Below are positions 24,298 through 35,169 of a stretch of 64,000 nucleotides of DNA, one piece after another (the stretch's first letter is position 1; each line of letters begins with the position of its first letter). A program made the position numbers and the translations under genes. The stretch comes from an uncultured Oscillospiraceae bacterium (GTDB lineage Bacteria > Bacillota > Clostridia > Oscillospirales > Oscillospiraceae). The stretch spans positions 7,804-71,803 of the forward strand of contig CAJTVO010000002.1 in assembly GCA_910579485.1 (NCBI GenBank), read 5' to 3'. A model generated the notes under the pieces. That model ran no database searches. It was not told where the DNA came from and saw nothing but the letters and a program-made list of their open reading frames with translations.

Positions 24298-24752
24298 AGA
24301 GCAAGCTCCACCTTTTTAAAGGAATATCCCCCCTCTTCGTCTGTGTCCAGCAGGACCATGGTAGGCGCAGACCGGGGAGGCCGGGGATAGGAGCAGCTCC
24401 CCGGATTCAGCCACAGGCGGCCCATGATCCGCTCCTGGGCGTACTGGTGGGTATGGCCGCAGATCACTACGTCCACCCCCGTCAGGTTCCACGGGACGTC
24501 GGAACGGCGGTGAGTCACACAGAAGGAAACGCCGCCCAGGTCGATGCGCATCAGCCGTGGCAGCTCCTGGGCCCAGCTGCCCCAGTCGTTATTGCCCCGC
24601 ACGCCGTACAGGGGCGCCAGGCTGTCCAGCTCCTGGGCCACCGAAGGGTCGTCAAAATCCCCCGCGTGGAGGATGCAGTCCACGCCGCGCAGGCGCTCCT
24701 TCACCTCCGGACGCAGGCGTCCGTGAGTATCTGAGATCACGCCGATCCGCAT
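24294..24752 (-). CDS. YfcE/MJ0936-family metallophosphoesterase
   Basis: MRIGVISDTHG, HAGD, GNND and CGHTH motifs. 152 aa. Confidence 0.88.
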   Translation of the reverse strand: MRIGVISDTHGRLRPEVKERLRGVDCILHAGDFDDPSVAQELDSLAPLYGVRGNNDWGSWAQELPRLMRIDLGGVSFCVTHRRSDVPWNLTGVDVVICGHTHQYAQERIMGRLWLNPGSCSYPRPPRSAPTMVLLDTDEEGGYSFKKVELAL

Positions 24753-24767
24753 GTACGGTCCCTCCTT

Positions 24768-27471
<2,704 letters not shown>

Positions 27472-27530
27472 GGATCATCACCTCACGTCCAGCCTATGAG
27501 AGAACAGCTTTTCCCTATTCCTCTGTGTGT

Positions 27531-27748
27531 CAAAAAAGATGCTTTGCATCTTTTTTGAGAAGGGCTTCGCTTCGCTCTGCGCCTCGGTTGTGCGCCTTTG
27601 GCGCACAATTCGACGCTCGCTCCGCGCAAAGTGTTTTTCCCACGTACACGCCGCGGGAAAAACGATTTCATTTTATTTCGCGCCTGCGGGCGCGAAACTC
27701 CCGTGGGCCGCCCATGGGGCGGCCTAACGCCTGCGGAGGGCTTTTTTT
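27531..27748. repeat. Cluster of five consecutive GC-rich stem-loops (REP/MITE-like intergenic element candidate)
   Basis: Hairpins at 27532-27556 (A6GATGC-ttt-GCATCT6), 27588-27608, 27634-27662, 27677-27697 and 27706-24, then a T7 run at 27742-27748. No credible ORF. Confidence 0.5.
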
Positions 27749-27765
27749 GACAGGTTGTATTCCGT

Positions 27766-29145
27766 TTATTCCGGCAGGGCCGTCACTAGGTCCTTAAAGA
27801 CCCGGCCCCGCTCCTCGAAATTCCGGAAGCGGTCGAAGGAGGTGCTGGCGGGAGAGAGGATCACCACGTCCCCTTCCCCAGAACGCCCGTCCGCAAGGCG
27901 GACCGCCGACCGGTAGTCTGCCGCGGTCAATATTTCCAGGTCACGATAGTTGTCCGCCGTCTGGACGGCCTCCCGGATGACCTGCTCCGTAGCACCGCAG
28001 AGGATCAGAAGCTTCACGTGGTCGTTGACTTCTGGACCCAGGGGGGCGTAGCTGATCCCCTTGTCCTTGCCTCCGGCGATGAGGATCACCTTCTCCGGGA
28101 AGGAACGCAGGCCCGCGATGGTACGGCTGGGGCTGGAGGCGATGGAGTCGTTGTACCACCGGACGCCCCGGCGCTCCCGCACCAGCTCGATCCGGTGCTC
28201 CACCCCGCCGAAGGTCCGGGCAAAGGCGCGGATGGTCTCGTCCGGCACCAAGCCCTGGACGGCGCAGATGGCCGCCATGTAGTTCTCGACATTATGGACT
28301 CCCGGCAGGAGTATGTCCGCCAGCGGCAGCACCGGGCGCTGGCCGGAGGCGTCCCGGTACCAGATGGCGTCCTCCTGGATATAGCAGCCACTTTCGGGCT
28401 GCTGGTCTGAGGTCCGGGTGAAATACAGCACCTTTGCCGGTGTCCGGGCGGAAAGGTCACGGGCGATCTCGTTGTCCCAGTTGCACACCGCGCGGTCACC
28501 GGTGGTCTGATGGGCCAGTAGGTTGGCCTTGGCGGCGACGTATTCCTCCATGTCTGTATGGACGTCCAGGTGGTTGGGGGCCAGGTTGGTCACAACGGCG
28601 ATATGGGGGCTCCGGTCCATGGTCAGCAGCTGGAAGGAGCTCAGCTCCACCACCGCCCAGTCCGTGGGGCGGATGTCGTCCGCCTCGCTGAGCAGCGGAC
28701 GGCCGATGTTGCCACCCAGGTGGACCGTATGCCCCGCCGCCTCCAGGAGGCGGGCAATGATGGTGGTGGTAGTTGTCTTTCCATCGCTGCCGGTGACGCC
28801 CAGAATGGGACAGGGGCAGACCTGGAAGAAAACCTCCATCTCCGAGGTGAGGACGCCGCCCCGGGCCCTGGCCTCCTCCAGGTAGCGGGGATGCAGGCCG
28901 GGGGTGCGGAAGATCACGTCGTGGTCCAATCCCTCCAGGTAGTCCGGACCCAGGCGCAGCTTGCAGCCCGCGGCCTCCAGCTCATCCCCCAGAGGGCCCA
29001 GGACCTCCCGGTCCTTTTTATCGCAGGCGGTCACATTGATCCCCGCGTCCAGCAGGAGCTTTAAAAGAGGGCGGTTGCTGATGCCGATGCCGGTCACAGC
29101 AACACGCTTGCCTCTCAGCGTGTTCAGATAGTCGCGCAAAGTCAT
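27766..29145 (-). CDS. murD: UDP-N-acetylmuramoyl-L-alanine--D-glutamate ligase
   Basis: GKRVAVTGIGISN Rossmann N-terminus, P-loop GVTGSDGKTTTT, Mur ligase middle and C-terminal domains. 459 aa. Confidence 0.93.
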   Translation of the reverse strand: MTLRDYLNTLRGKRVAVTGIGISNRPLLKLLLDAGINVTACDKKDREVLGPLGDELEAAGCKLRLGPDYLEGLDHDVIFRTPGLHPRYLEEARARGGVLTSEMEVFFQVCPCPILGVTGSDGKTTTTTIIARLLEAAGHTVHLGGNIGRPLLSEADDIRPTDWAVVELSSFQLLTMDRSPHIAVVTNLAPNHLDVHTDMEEYVAAKANLLAHQTTGDRAVCNWDNEIARDLSARTPAKVLYFTRTSDQQPESGCYIQEDAIWYRDASGQRPVLPLADILLPGVHNVENYMAAICAVQGLVPDETIRAFARTFGGVEHRIELVRERRGVRWYNDSIASSPSRTIAGLRSFPEKVILIAGGKDKGISYAPLGPEVNDHVKLLILCGATEQVIREAVQTADNYRDLEILTAADYRSAVRLADGRSGEGDVVILSPASTSFDRFRNFEERGRVFKDLVTALPE

Positions 29146-29235
29146 GGTCGTTCCTCCTTGCCTTCTCTTTGGTCTATTATACCACCCGTTCAGGGAGAAA
29201 ACAACAAATTTATCCAGCTTCGCCGGTTTCTTTCG

Positions 29236-29264
29236 TTGACAAGCCGCGTCTTCTCCTGTAGAAT
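29236..29264 (+). promoter_or_regulatory. sigma-A promoter of rnpB
   Basis: TTGACA - 17 nt - TAGAAT, ending 6 nt before the predicted 5' end of the RNase P RNA. Confidence 0.75.
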
Positions 29265-29270
29265 AAGGGG

Positions 29271-29653
29271 TGAGTAAGACAGACAGTCGCGTGACGGCGC
29301 GAAAGCTCCGTCATGAGGAAAGTCCGGGCTCCATAGGGCAAGGATAACGGGTAACGCCCGCCGAAGGCGACTTCAGGAAAAGTGCAACAGAAATAAACCG
29401 CCCGGCATTGGATGCCAAGGCACCCAGCGCCTGGTAAGGATGGAAAGGCGAGGTAAGAGCTCACCCATCGGCTGGAGACTGTCCGATGCTGTAAACTCTA
29501 TCCGGAGCAACACCGTGGAGAGAACTTGGATCATGTATCTGCGATCCTCGACCGGCCCGGTCGTTCTCGAGGAGGTGGCTGGAGCGGTCTGGCAACAGGC
29601 CGCCTAGATAGATGACTGTCAAATACAGAACCCGGCTTACAGTCTTACTCGAC
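29271..29653 (+). ncRNA. rnpB: RNase P RNA (bacterial type A)
   Basis: Universal P4 strands GAGGAAAGTCCGGGCTCC (5') and ACAGAACCCGGCTTAC (3'). P1 pairing GAGTAAGAC / GTCTTACTC. Also GGGTAACGCCCG and GGTAAG elements. About 383 nt. Confidence 0.9.
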
Positions 29654-29655
29654 AT

Positions 29656-29693
29656 AAGGGAAAGTACCTCGGAGGTGCTTTCCCTTTCTTCTT
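29656..29693 (+). terminator. Rho-independent terminator of rnpB
   Basis: AAGGGAAAGTACC-tcgga-GGTGCTTTCCCTT (one G-U pair) followed by TCTTCTTG. Confidence 0.65.
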
Positions 29694-29720
29694 GAAAAAC
29701 GTTTTGGTCCGGAGGAGCTT

Positions 29721-31052
29721 ATGAAAACACAAGACGATCTTCAATTTGACGCGCGGTCCGTTCTCGTCGTCCCGTCCCAGCGGCAGCTGGCGTGGCAGAG
29801 GATGGAGTTTTACGCCTTTATCCATTTTTCGGTGAACACCTTCACCGGCCGGGAGTGGGGGGACGGCACGGAGCCTCCCTCCTGCTTCGCTCCCGCGCGG
29901 CTGGATACGGACCAGTGGGCCCGGTGCATCCGGGACGCCGGGATGGGCGGGGCCATCCTCACCTGCAAGCACCACGACGGCTTCTGCCTCTGGCCCAGCC
30001 GGTACACGGACCACACCGTCGCCAACAGCCCCTGCCCCAGGGACGTGGTGGGGGAATTTTCCGATTCCTGCCGCCGGTATGGGCTGAAATTCGGGGTCTA
30101 CCTCTCCCCCTGGGACCGGAACAGCGCGCTGTACGGGACGGGCAAGCCCTACGACGACTATTTTGTAGATCAGCTGCGGGAGCTTCTGACCCAATATGGC
30201 CCCGTCTTCTCCGTCTGGCTGGACGGGGCCTGCGGCGAGGGGCCCTGCGGGAAGCGGCAGGTCTATGACTGGGCGCGATATTACGCCGTGGTCCGGGAAC
30301 TCCAGCCGGACGCCTGTATCAGCGTCTGCGGCCCGGACGTCCGTTGGTGCGGCAATGAGGCGGGGCACACCAGGAGATCCGAATGGAGCGTAGTCCCCCG
30401 GCGCGCTCGGGATACGGAGAAAATCCAGGAGAAGTCCCAGAGCGAGGACAGCGATGCGTTCCGGCAGCGGAAGATATCCGCCGGTGACGAGGACCTGGGC
30501 AGCCGGGAGGTTGTCCGGGAGGAGCCGGACCTGGTGTGGTATCCGGCGGAGGTCAACACCTCCATCAGGCCCGGGTGGTTCTATCATCCGGAGGAGGACG
30601 GTCAGGTGAAGTCTTTGGCGGAGCTGGTCAGTATCTACGAGTCCTCCGTGGGCGGGAACGCCGCCTTTCTGCTGAACGTCCCGCCCACACCGGAAGGGCT
30701 TGTCCATGAAAACGACGCCGCGCGGCTGAGAGAGCTTGGCGCGTATCTCAGGGAGACCTACCGCCGAGACCTGGCAAAGGACGCGCGGATCGTTCGGACG
30801 GAGGACGAGGTCCAGCTCCTGTGGCCGGAACCGGTGGCCGTCTCCAGAGTCGTCCTGATGGAGGACATTACTAAGAGCCAGCGGGTGGAGGCCTTCGCCG
30901 TCTATGACGGCAGCGGGGCGAAGGTCTACGAGGGCACCGTGATCGGCTATAAGAAGATCGTCCCGCTGGAGGGGGTCGTGACGGACCGTCTGACCATCCG
31001 GGTCCTGGAAAGCAGGCAGGAACCCATCCTGATCTTTACCGGCGTGTACTGA
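29721..31052 (+). CDS. alpha-L-fucosidase (GH29)
   Basis: FIHFSVNTF, KHHDGFCLWPS, YLSPWD and VWLDGA are GH29 hallmarks. GGAGGAG RBS. 443 aa. Confidence 0.88.
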   Translation: MKTQDDLQFDARSVLVVPSQRQLAWQRMEFYAFIHFSVNTFTGREWGDGTEPPSCFAPARLDTDQWARCIRDAGMGGAILTCKHHDGFCLWPSRYTDHTVANSPCPRDVVGEFSDSCRRYGLKFGVYLSPWDRNSALYGTGKPYDDYFVDQLRELLTQYGPVFSVWLDGACGEGPCGKRQVYDWARYYAVVRELQPDACISVCGPDVRWCGNEAGHTRRSEWSVVPRRARDTEKIQEKSQSEDSDAFRQRKISAGDEDLGSREVVREEPDLVWYPAEVNTSIRPGWFYHPEEDGQVKSLAELVSIYESSVGGNAAFLLNVPPTPEGLVHENDAARLRELGAYLRETYRRDLAKDARIVRTEDEVQLLWPEPVAVSRVVLMEDITKSQRVEAFAVYDGSGAKVYEGTVIGYKKIVPLEGVVTDRLTIRVLESRQEPILIFTGVY

Positions 31053-31173
31053 GCTCCCGTCCGGCTTCCAGGAAGTGGACAGGTTTTGCATACTTTTTCG
31101 CACAAATATCTATTATACTGCATAAGCTGTTCCTATAGAATAACAGCAAGAACAGATCGTCAGGAGGCAGCTT

Positions 31174-32058
31174 ATGAAACAGCCTGTTTTTTCCGGCTCC
31201 GGCGTGGCCATCATCACGCCCTTTACCAATGACGGTATCGACTACCCCGCCCTGGCCCGCCTGCTGGACTTCCAGCTGGAGAACGGCACGGATGCCATCA
31301 TCGTCTGCGGCACTACCGGCGAGGCCGCAGCCATGAGCTATGAGGAGCGCGTGCGCGCCATCGAGGCCGTGGTGCGCCATGTGGACGGCAGGGTCCCGGT
31401 CATCGCCGGGACCGGCTCCAACAATACGGAAAACGCCATCACCCTGTCCAGAGACGCCTCCAGCGCCGGTGTGGACGCTTTGCTGGTGGTAACGCCCTTC
31501 TACAACAAGGCTACCCCAAAGGGACTCATCCGCCACTACACGGCGGTCGCCGACACGGTGGAGAAGCCCGTGATCCTCTACCACGTGCCCTCCCGGACCG
31601 GGGTGAAATGTACGGCGGAGATCTACGCCGCCCTGGCGGAACATCCCAACATCGTGGGCGTAAAAGAGGCGGGCGGCGACCTGGCGCTGGTGCAGAAGAC
31701 CCGGGAGCTGTGCCCGGAGGATTTCTACATATGGTCCGGCAACGACGACGAGACCGCCCCCATCATGCTCTTCGGCGGCAAGGGGGTCATCTCCGTGGCG
31801 GCCAACGTGATGCCCGGGGAGATGCACCGGCTGACGGAGGCCTGCCTGAAGGAGGACTTCGTTACCGCTGGGAGGATGCAGCTGGAGCTGCGGAAGCTCT
31901 GCGAAGCGCTGTTCTGGGAGGTGAACCCCATCCCCGTCAAGACGGCTTTGGCTATGATGGGGTACTGTCAGGAGCGTTTCCGCTCCCCCATGTGCGAGAT
32001 GGAGCCGGAGAACCGGGAACGGCTTGCGGGCGTGCTGGCGGAGTACGGATTGATTTAA
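31174..32058 (+). CDS. dapA: 4-hydroxy-tetrahydrodipicolinate synthase
   Basis: GSGVAIITPF, VCGTTGEAAAMS, VIAGTGSNNT, TPFYNK and GVKEA (active-site Lys). AGGAGG RBS. Confidence 0.95.
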   Translation: MKQPVFSGSGVAIITPFTNDGIDYPALARLLDFQLENGTDAIIVCGTTGEAAAMSYEERVRAIEAVVRHVDGRVPVIAGTGSNNTENAITLSRDASSAGVDALLVVTPFYNKATPKGLIRHYTAVADTVEKPVILYHVPSRTGVKCTAEIYAALAEHPNIVGVKEAGGDLALVQKTRELCPEDFYIWSGNDDETAPIMLFGGKGVISVAANVMPGEMHRLTEACLKEDFVTAGRMQLELRKLCEALFWEVNPIPVKTALAMMGYCQERFRSPMCEMEPENRERLAGVLAEYGLI

Positions 32059-32076
32059 CGGATTGACTTCTCTCCT

Positions 32077-32116
32077 CCCCTGCGTTAGAATAGGAAAAAC
32101 GCAGGGGGGATTTTTT
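32077..32116 (+). terminator. Rho-independent terminator after dapA
   Basis: CCCCTGCGT-13 nt-ACGCAGGGG then GGA and a T6 run. The T-run directly abuts the next ATG. Confidence 0.6.
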
Positions 32117-33214
32117 ATGGCGGAAACCATTTATATTGATGCCGGCCCGTCGGATGGCCCGTCCGGCATTATCTTTGAGCGGGAAACAAAGGTCATCTAT
32201 ACCGGTCTGGAGGTCCTGACAGAGGAAGAAGGACCTTTTCTTGCGGAAGTCTCCCGGCTGTGCGGCGTTCATTTCTTCCCACGGGGGCAGGCCCCGGAGA
32301 TCCCACTGTACGCCGTGCCCTATCTGGAGGTGTTTGCTTCGGACGGCAGGGGCGGATGGTTCGCCGCAACGTCAAAAGGAGGAGACGGACCTCTGTACCA
32401 CATTGACCGGGACCGGTCCGTGTGTCTTTTGTCAGACTGCTATCGGGCATTTTTCAGCGAGATGATCTCCGACCCGGACTGGCGGCAAAAGAGCCTCCCC
32501 GGCGGGCCATGGCCCCGGCTGCCGGAGGACCCCGTGGGTCGGAAAGAGCTGGCAGCGAAACTGAGCGCCTCCGGTCCTTCCTTGAAGAAGACGGTTGATC
32601 CCGGTCCCCTGCCCCGGGTATTTGCCTCCCGGGAGGAGGCGGAGCGGGAATTTCCTGTTCTGGACATGTGGACCGTCCTGCGGCAGGAGCGGGAGCCGAG
32701 ATTCCAGATCCATCCCATGATGTCCCCCAAGGACCGGGAAGGCCGGGCCTTCGTCCATTACACCGCCTGGCGGGAGGCGTATACCGGACTGATGCCGGAG
32801 GCCGTCCTGGAGGCGCACACGCTGGAGCGCTGCCGGGAGTCTGCCCAACGGGGCAGCTCCGGCGATACCTTCGTGGCGCTGGACCGGGAGGACGGCGACC
32901 GGGTGGTGGGATTTGCCGCGCTGTGCCGCTCTGCCCGGGATTTCGCCTCCGTGCCAGAGGCCGGGGAGATCGGTGCGTTGTACGTCCTGCAGGAATACCA
33001 GGGGCTTGGACTGGGGCGGCAGCTGCTGGAACACTGTCTGGCATGGATCCCACGGCCCAGGGTGGCGCTGTTCGTGCTGGAGGGCAATGAGAAGGCCATC
33101 GGGTTCTATGAGCACATGGGCTTCCGGCCCACCGGGCACAGGATCATGGATGAGCGGGACGGCGGCACGCTGGTCGAGATCGAGATGTGTCTGGAGAGGG
33201 ACACCCATCAATAG
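32117..33214 (+). CDS. two-domain protein: SMI1/KNR4 (SUKH)-like N-terminal region + GNAT N-acetyltransferase
   Basis: C-terminal GNAT core VVGFAAL...GEIGALYVLQEYQGLGLGRQLL...NEKAIGFYEHMGF. The N-terminal segment VFASDGRGGWFAATSKGGDGPLYHIDRDRSVCLLSDCYRAFFSEMI resembles SUKH/SMI1 motifs. Start at 32117; the track ORF begins in the terminator. Confidence 0.7.
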   Translation: MAETIYIDAGPSDGPSGIIFERETKVIYTGLEVLTEEEGPFLAEVSRLCGVHFFPRGQAPEIPLYAVPYLEVFASDGRGGWFAATSKGGDGPLYHIDRDRSVCLLSDCYRAFFSEMISDPDWRQKSLPGGPWPRLPEDPVGRKELAAKLSASGPSLKKTVDPGPLPRVFASREEAEREFPVLDMWTVLRQEREPRFQIHPMMSPKDREGRAFVHYTAWREAYTGLMPEAVLEAHTLERCRESAQRGSSGDTFVALDREDGDRVVGFAALCRSARDFASVPEAGEIGALYVLQEYQGLGLGRQLLEHCLAWIPRPRVALFVLEGNEKAIGFYEHMGFRPTGHRIMDERDGGTLVEIEMCLERDTHQ

Positions 33215-33252
33215 AGGACACCCCCGGGACTTTAGGCCTCCGGGGGTGTCCT
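33215..33252. terminator. Bidirectional hairpin terminator between convergent genes
   Basis: AGGACACCCCCGG-12 nt-CCGGGGGTGTCCT followed by TTATCTT. Confidence 0.6.
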
Positions 33253-33263
33253 TTATCTTCCGG

Positions 33264-34796
33264 CTATCTTGCGCGCGGGATCAGCAGCAGGCGGTCCGGG
33301 GTGATCTGGCTCTCGTCCGCCAGCTCGTTCACCGACAGGATGCCCTCCCGGGTGGCCCGGTACTGCTTGGCGACGGCCCACAGGGTTTCGCCCTCCCCCA
33401 TCTTCCGCAGGATCAGGGACGGCGCAGGATCCTGATTGGGGCTCTCCTCCTCCGTCTCCCCGCCGCTGACGCAGAGATAACGCCGCCGCCGGGTGGAGGA
33501 GACCTCGCACTCCACCGGGAAGCGCAGCTCAATGCCCTCCGGGGTGATGTTGGCGATGATGTCCCCGCGGCAGGAAGCCTCGCCCTGGCAGTCCAGCTCT
33601 CCGCCCTCCAGTTCGTCGGGGATGGACACGATGAACTCCTTCCGGACGCTGCCCATGGCCTCGTTCTCGTCCAGATACAGGCAGCGGGCCCAGGCGGGGA
33701 TCTTCCACTCGCCGCCCTCCCGCTGGGCGCCGCCGCAGCCGATCTCCGTGTCGATCACCGAGCGGACGGCGGAGCCGGTCTCCAAAAGCTCCCGGACGTT
33801 CTGACGCCGGACGCTCTGCTGGCTGTCCTCCCCCAGCTCCAGCTCATCCATCTGACAGGTGACGGAGGCGGCGGTGCTGTAGAGGTCGGCGATAAAGTCG
33901 ATATCCAGCCGCTTCCACACCGTCACCCGGGCGCAGAGGGACACGGACAGGGTCATGACGCAGGCGTCGTCCGGGGCGCTCTCGCTGCCCACCCGGCAGT
34001 CCAGGCTCAGCAGACGGTAGGCCGCCTCGCTCTCGTCCTCCTCGTCGAAGCCGCCGCCCTCCAGTATCTGGGAGAAGGGCAGCTCCTGCTGCAAAAAACC
34101 CAGCCTTCCGCCGGTCTCACGGTACAGCACCGACACGGACAGGAAGCCCTTTATCACCAGCTTGCTGCCAATGAGCTTGCTGTCGGTCCCCCGGACGTCC
34201 ACCCGGGTCGACAGGATCTCCTCCGCGCCGCCCCGGCCCGGGGACAGGGGGAGCTCCTCGGAGAAGGAGAACTCCTTCTCCCGTACGCCAGCCGCCACAC
34301 GGGTCTGCTTCTGCTCCCGCAGCATCTGGACGCCCTCTCCCCCGTCTCCGGCCACGCCGGTAGCTACGGACAGGGACACGTGGCGGCTCATGGCGGGATA
34401 CAGCACCAGGTTCGCCCGGGTCAGCACCTTCCGGGGATTCAGGACCCGGGTGTCGATGCTTCGCAGCTCCCCCCGGATGTCCAGGTCCTCACAGGCCCCG
34501 TCCCCCTGTCCCTCGCCGTAGCATTGGAAGGGGATCTGGAAGTGCAGGGAGCGCAGGCCATCCTCCTTCTCCGGTATGTACAGCACCGATGCCTCCACGC
34601 TGCCGCTGGCGCAGAAGCGCCCGTCCCCGGTCAGCTCCCGGCCGGTGAGGCACACCGTGCCGGTGGTGTCCACGATCCGGGCGATGTCTCCGCAGCTGTC
34701 CGGCACGATGTTTTCCCGCATGGTCTCGCAGGGAAAGGGGGCAAAGCGGAGGGTCTCATAATATTCGTGGTCCGCTTTTTGTAATTTCAATTCCAT
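33264..34796 (-). CDS. DUF3794 (SPOCS)-domain protein with C-terminal LysM (SafA/ExsA-like spore-coat assembly candidate)
   Basis: Start MELKLQK after an AAGGAGGA RBS. Long beta-rich DUF3794-like body. C-terminal LysM (LILRKMGEGETLWAVAKQYRATREGILSVNELADESQITPDRLLLIP). Confidence 0.7.
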   Translation of the reverse strand: MELKLQKADHEYYETLRFAPFPCETMRENIVPDSCGDIARIVDTTGTVCLTGRELTGDGRFCASGSVEASVLYIPEKEDGLRSLHFQIPFQCYGEGQGDGACEDLDIRGELRSIDTRVLNPRKVLTRANLVLYPAMSRHVSLSVATGVAGDGGEGVQMLREQKQTRVAAGVREKEFSFSEELPLSPGRGGAEEILSTRVDVRGTDSKLIGSKLVIKGFLSVSVLYRETGGRLGFLQQELPFSQILEGGGFDEEDESEAAYRLLSLDCRVGSESAPDDACVMTLSVSLCARVTVWKRLDIDFIADLYSTAASVTCQMDELELGEDSQQSVRRQNVRELLETGSAVRSVIDTEIGCGGAQREGGEWKIPAWARCLYLDENEAMGSVRKEFIVSIPDELEGGELDCQGEASCRGDIIANITPEGIELRFPVECEVSSTRRRRYLCVSGGETEEESPNQDPAPSLILRKMGEGETLWAVAKQYRATREGILSVNELADESQITPDRLLLIPRAR

Positions 34797-34863
34797 ATTG
34801 GGCGTCCTCCTTTTGCATATGGCGGCCTTTACTGGTCCCATTCTATGCGGAGGGCGGCCCATA

Positions 34864-34938
34864 TCATTCCTTCATTTTGAAGATCCTTTTCAAAATGCCG
34901 TTCAAAAACTTCGGGGACTTGACGACGACGATCTTCAT
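34864..34938 (-). CDS. spoVM: stage V sporulation protein M (24 aa)
   Basis: Not in the ORF track because it is under 60 aa. AGGAAGGAGG RBS 5 nt upstream of the ATG. Product MKIVVVKSPKFLNGILKRIFKMKE closely resembles B. subtilis SpoVM (MKFYTIKLPKFLGGIVRAML...). Confidence 0.8.
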   Translation of the reverse strand: MKIVVVKSPKFLNGILKRIFKMKE

Positions 34939-34953
34939 AGCAGCCTCCTTCCT

Positions 34954-35097
34954 CTACCTTCGCATACAGCCCCAGCCGCATCCGATCAGCAGTATCGCTA
35001 CAAGGAACAGGAGGCATCCCGTGGGAAAGATCGCCGCGATCAGGATCCCCAGCCCCAGGGCCAGGGCGCAGACCCCCAGCCAGCGGCAGTATCGCAT
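34954..35097 (-). CDS. small Cys-rich membrane peptide (47 aa), hypothetical
   Basis: Product MRYCRWLGVCALALGLGILIAAIFPTGCLLFLVAILLIGCGWGCMRR. G-rich RBS. Its stop lies 15 nt before the spoVM ATG. An alternative start lies 6 nt upstream (35103). Confidence 0.45.
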   Translation of the reverse strand: MRYCRWLGVCALALGLGILIAAIFPTGCLLFLVAILLIGCGWGCMRR

Positions 35098-35169
35098 TTC
35101 CATCCCCCCTGTCTCTTGGTCTACTGTCATTATATACGGGACCGGCGGACGGGTGACAGGGGACGGGGC

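Noticed and set aside
27483-27797. Small ORFs (62, 66 and 90 aa) in the murD-yunB spacer
   Set aside because: They are translations of stacked palindromes (Arg/Ala/Lys-rich), have no RBS, and overlap each other in several frames. The region is treated as structured non-coding DNA.
31053-31173. Looked for a lysine (L-box) riboswitch upstream of dapA
   Set aside because: Only about 120 nt are available and none of the conserved L-box helices or motifs was recognisable. An Rfam scan would be needed to be certain.
29637-32130. Long - strand ORFs 29637..31103 and 31036..32130
   Set aside because: They are antisense to the GH29 fucosidase and dapA, both with strong family motifs and RBSs.
32913-34784. 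623-aa + strand ORF and other ORFs antisense to the DUF3794/LysM gene
   Set aside because: Low-complexity Gly/Ala/Pro/Leu-rich product, antisense to a gene with an RBS and a LysM domain.
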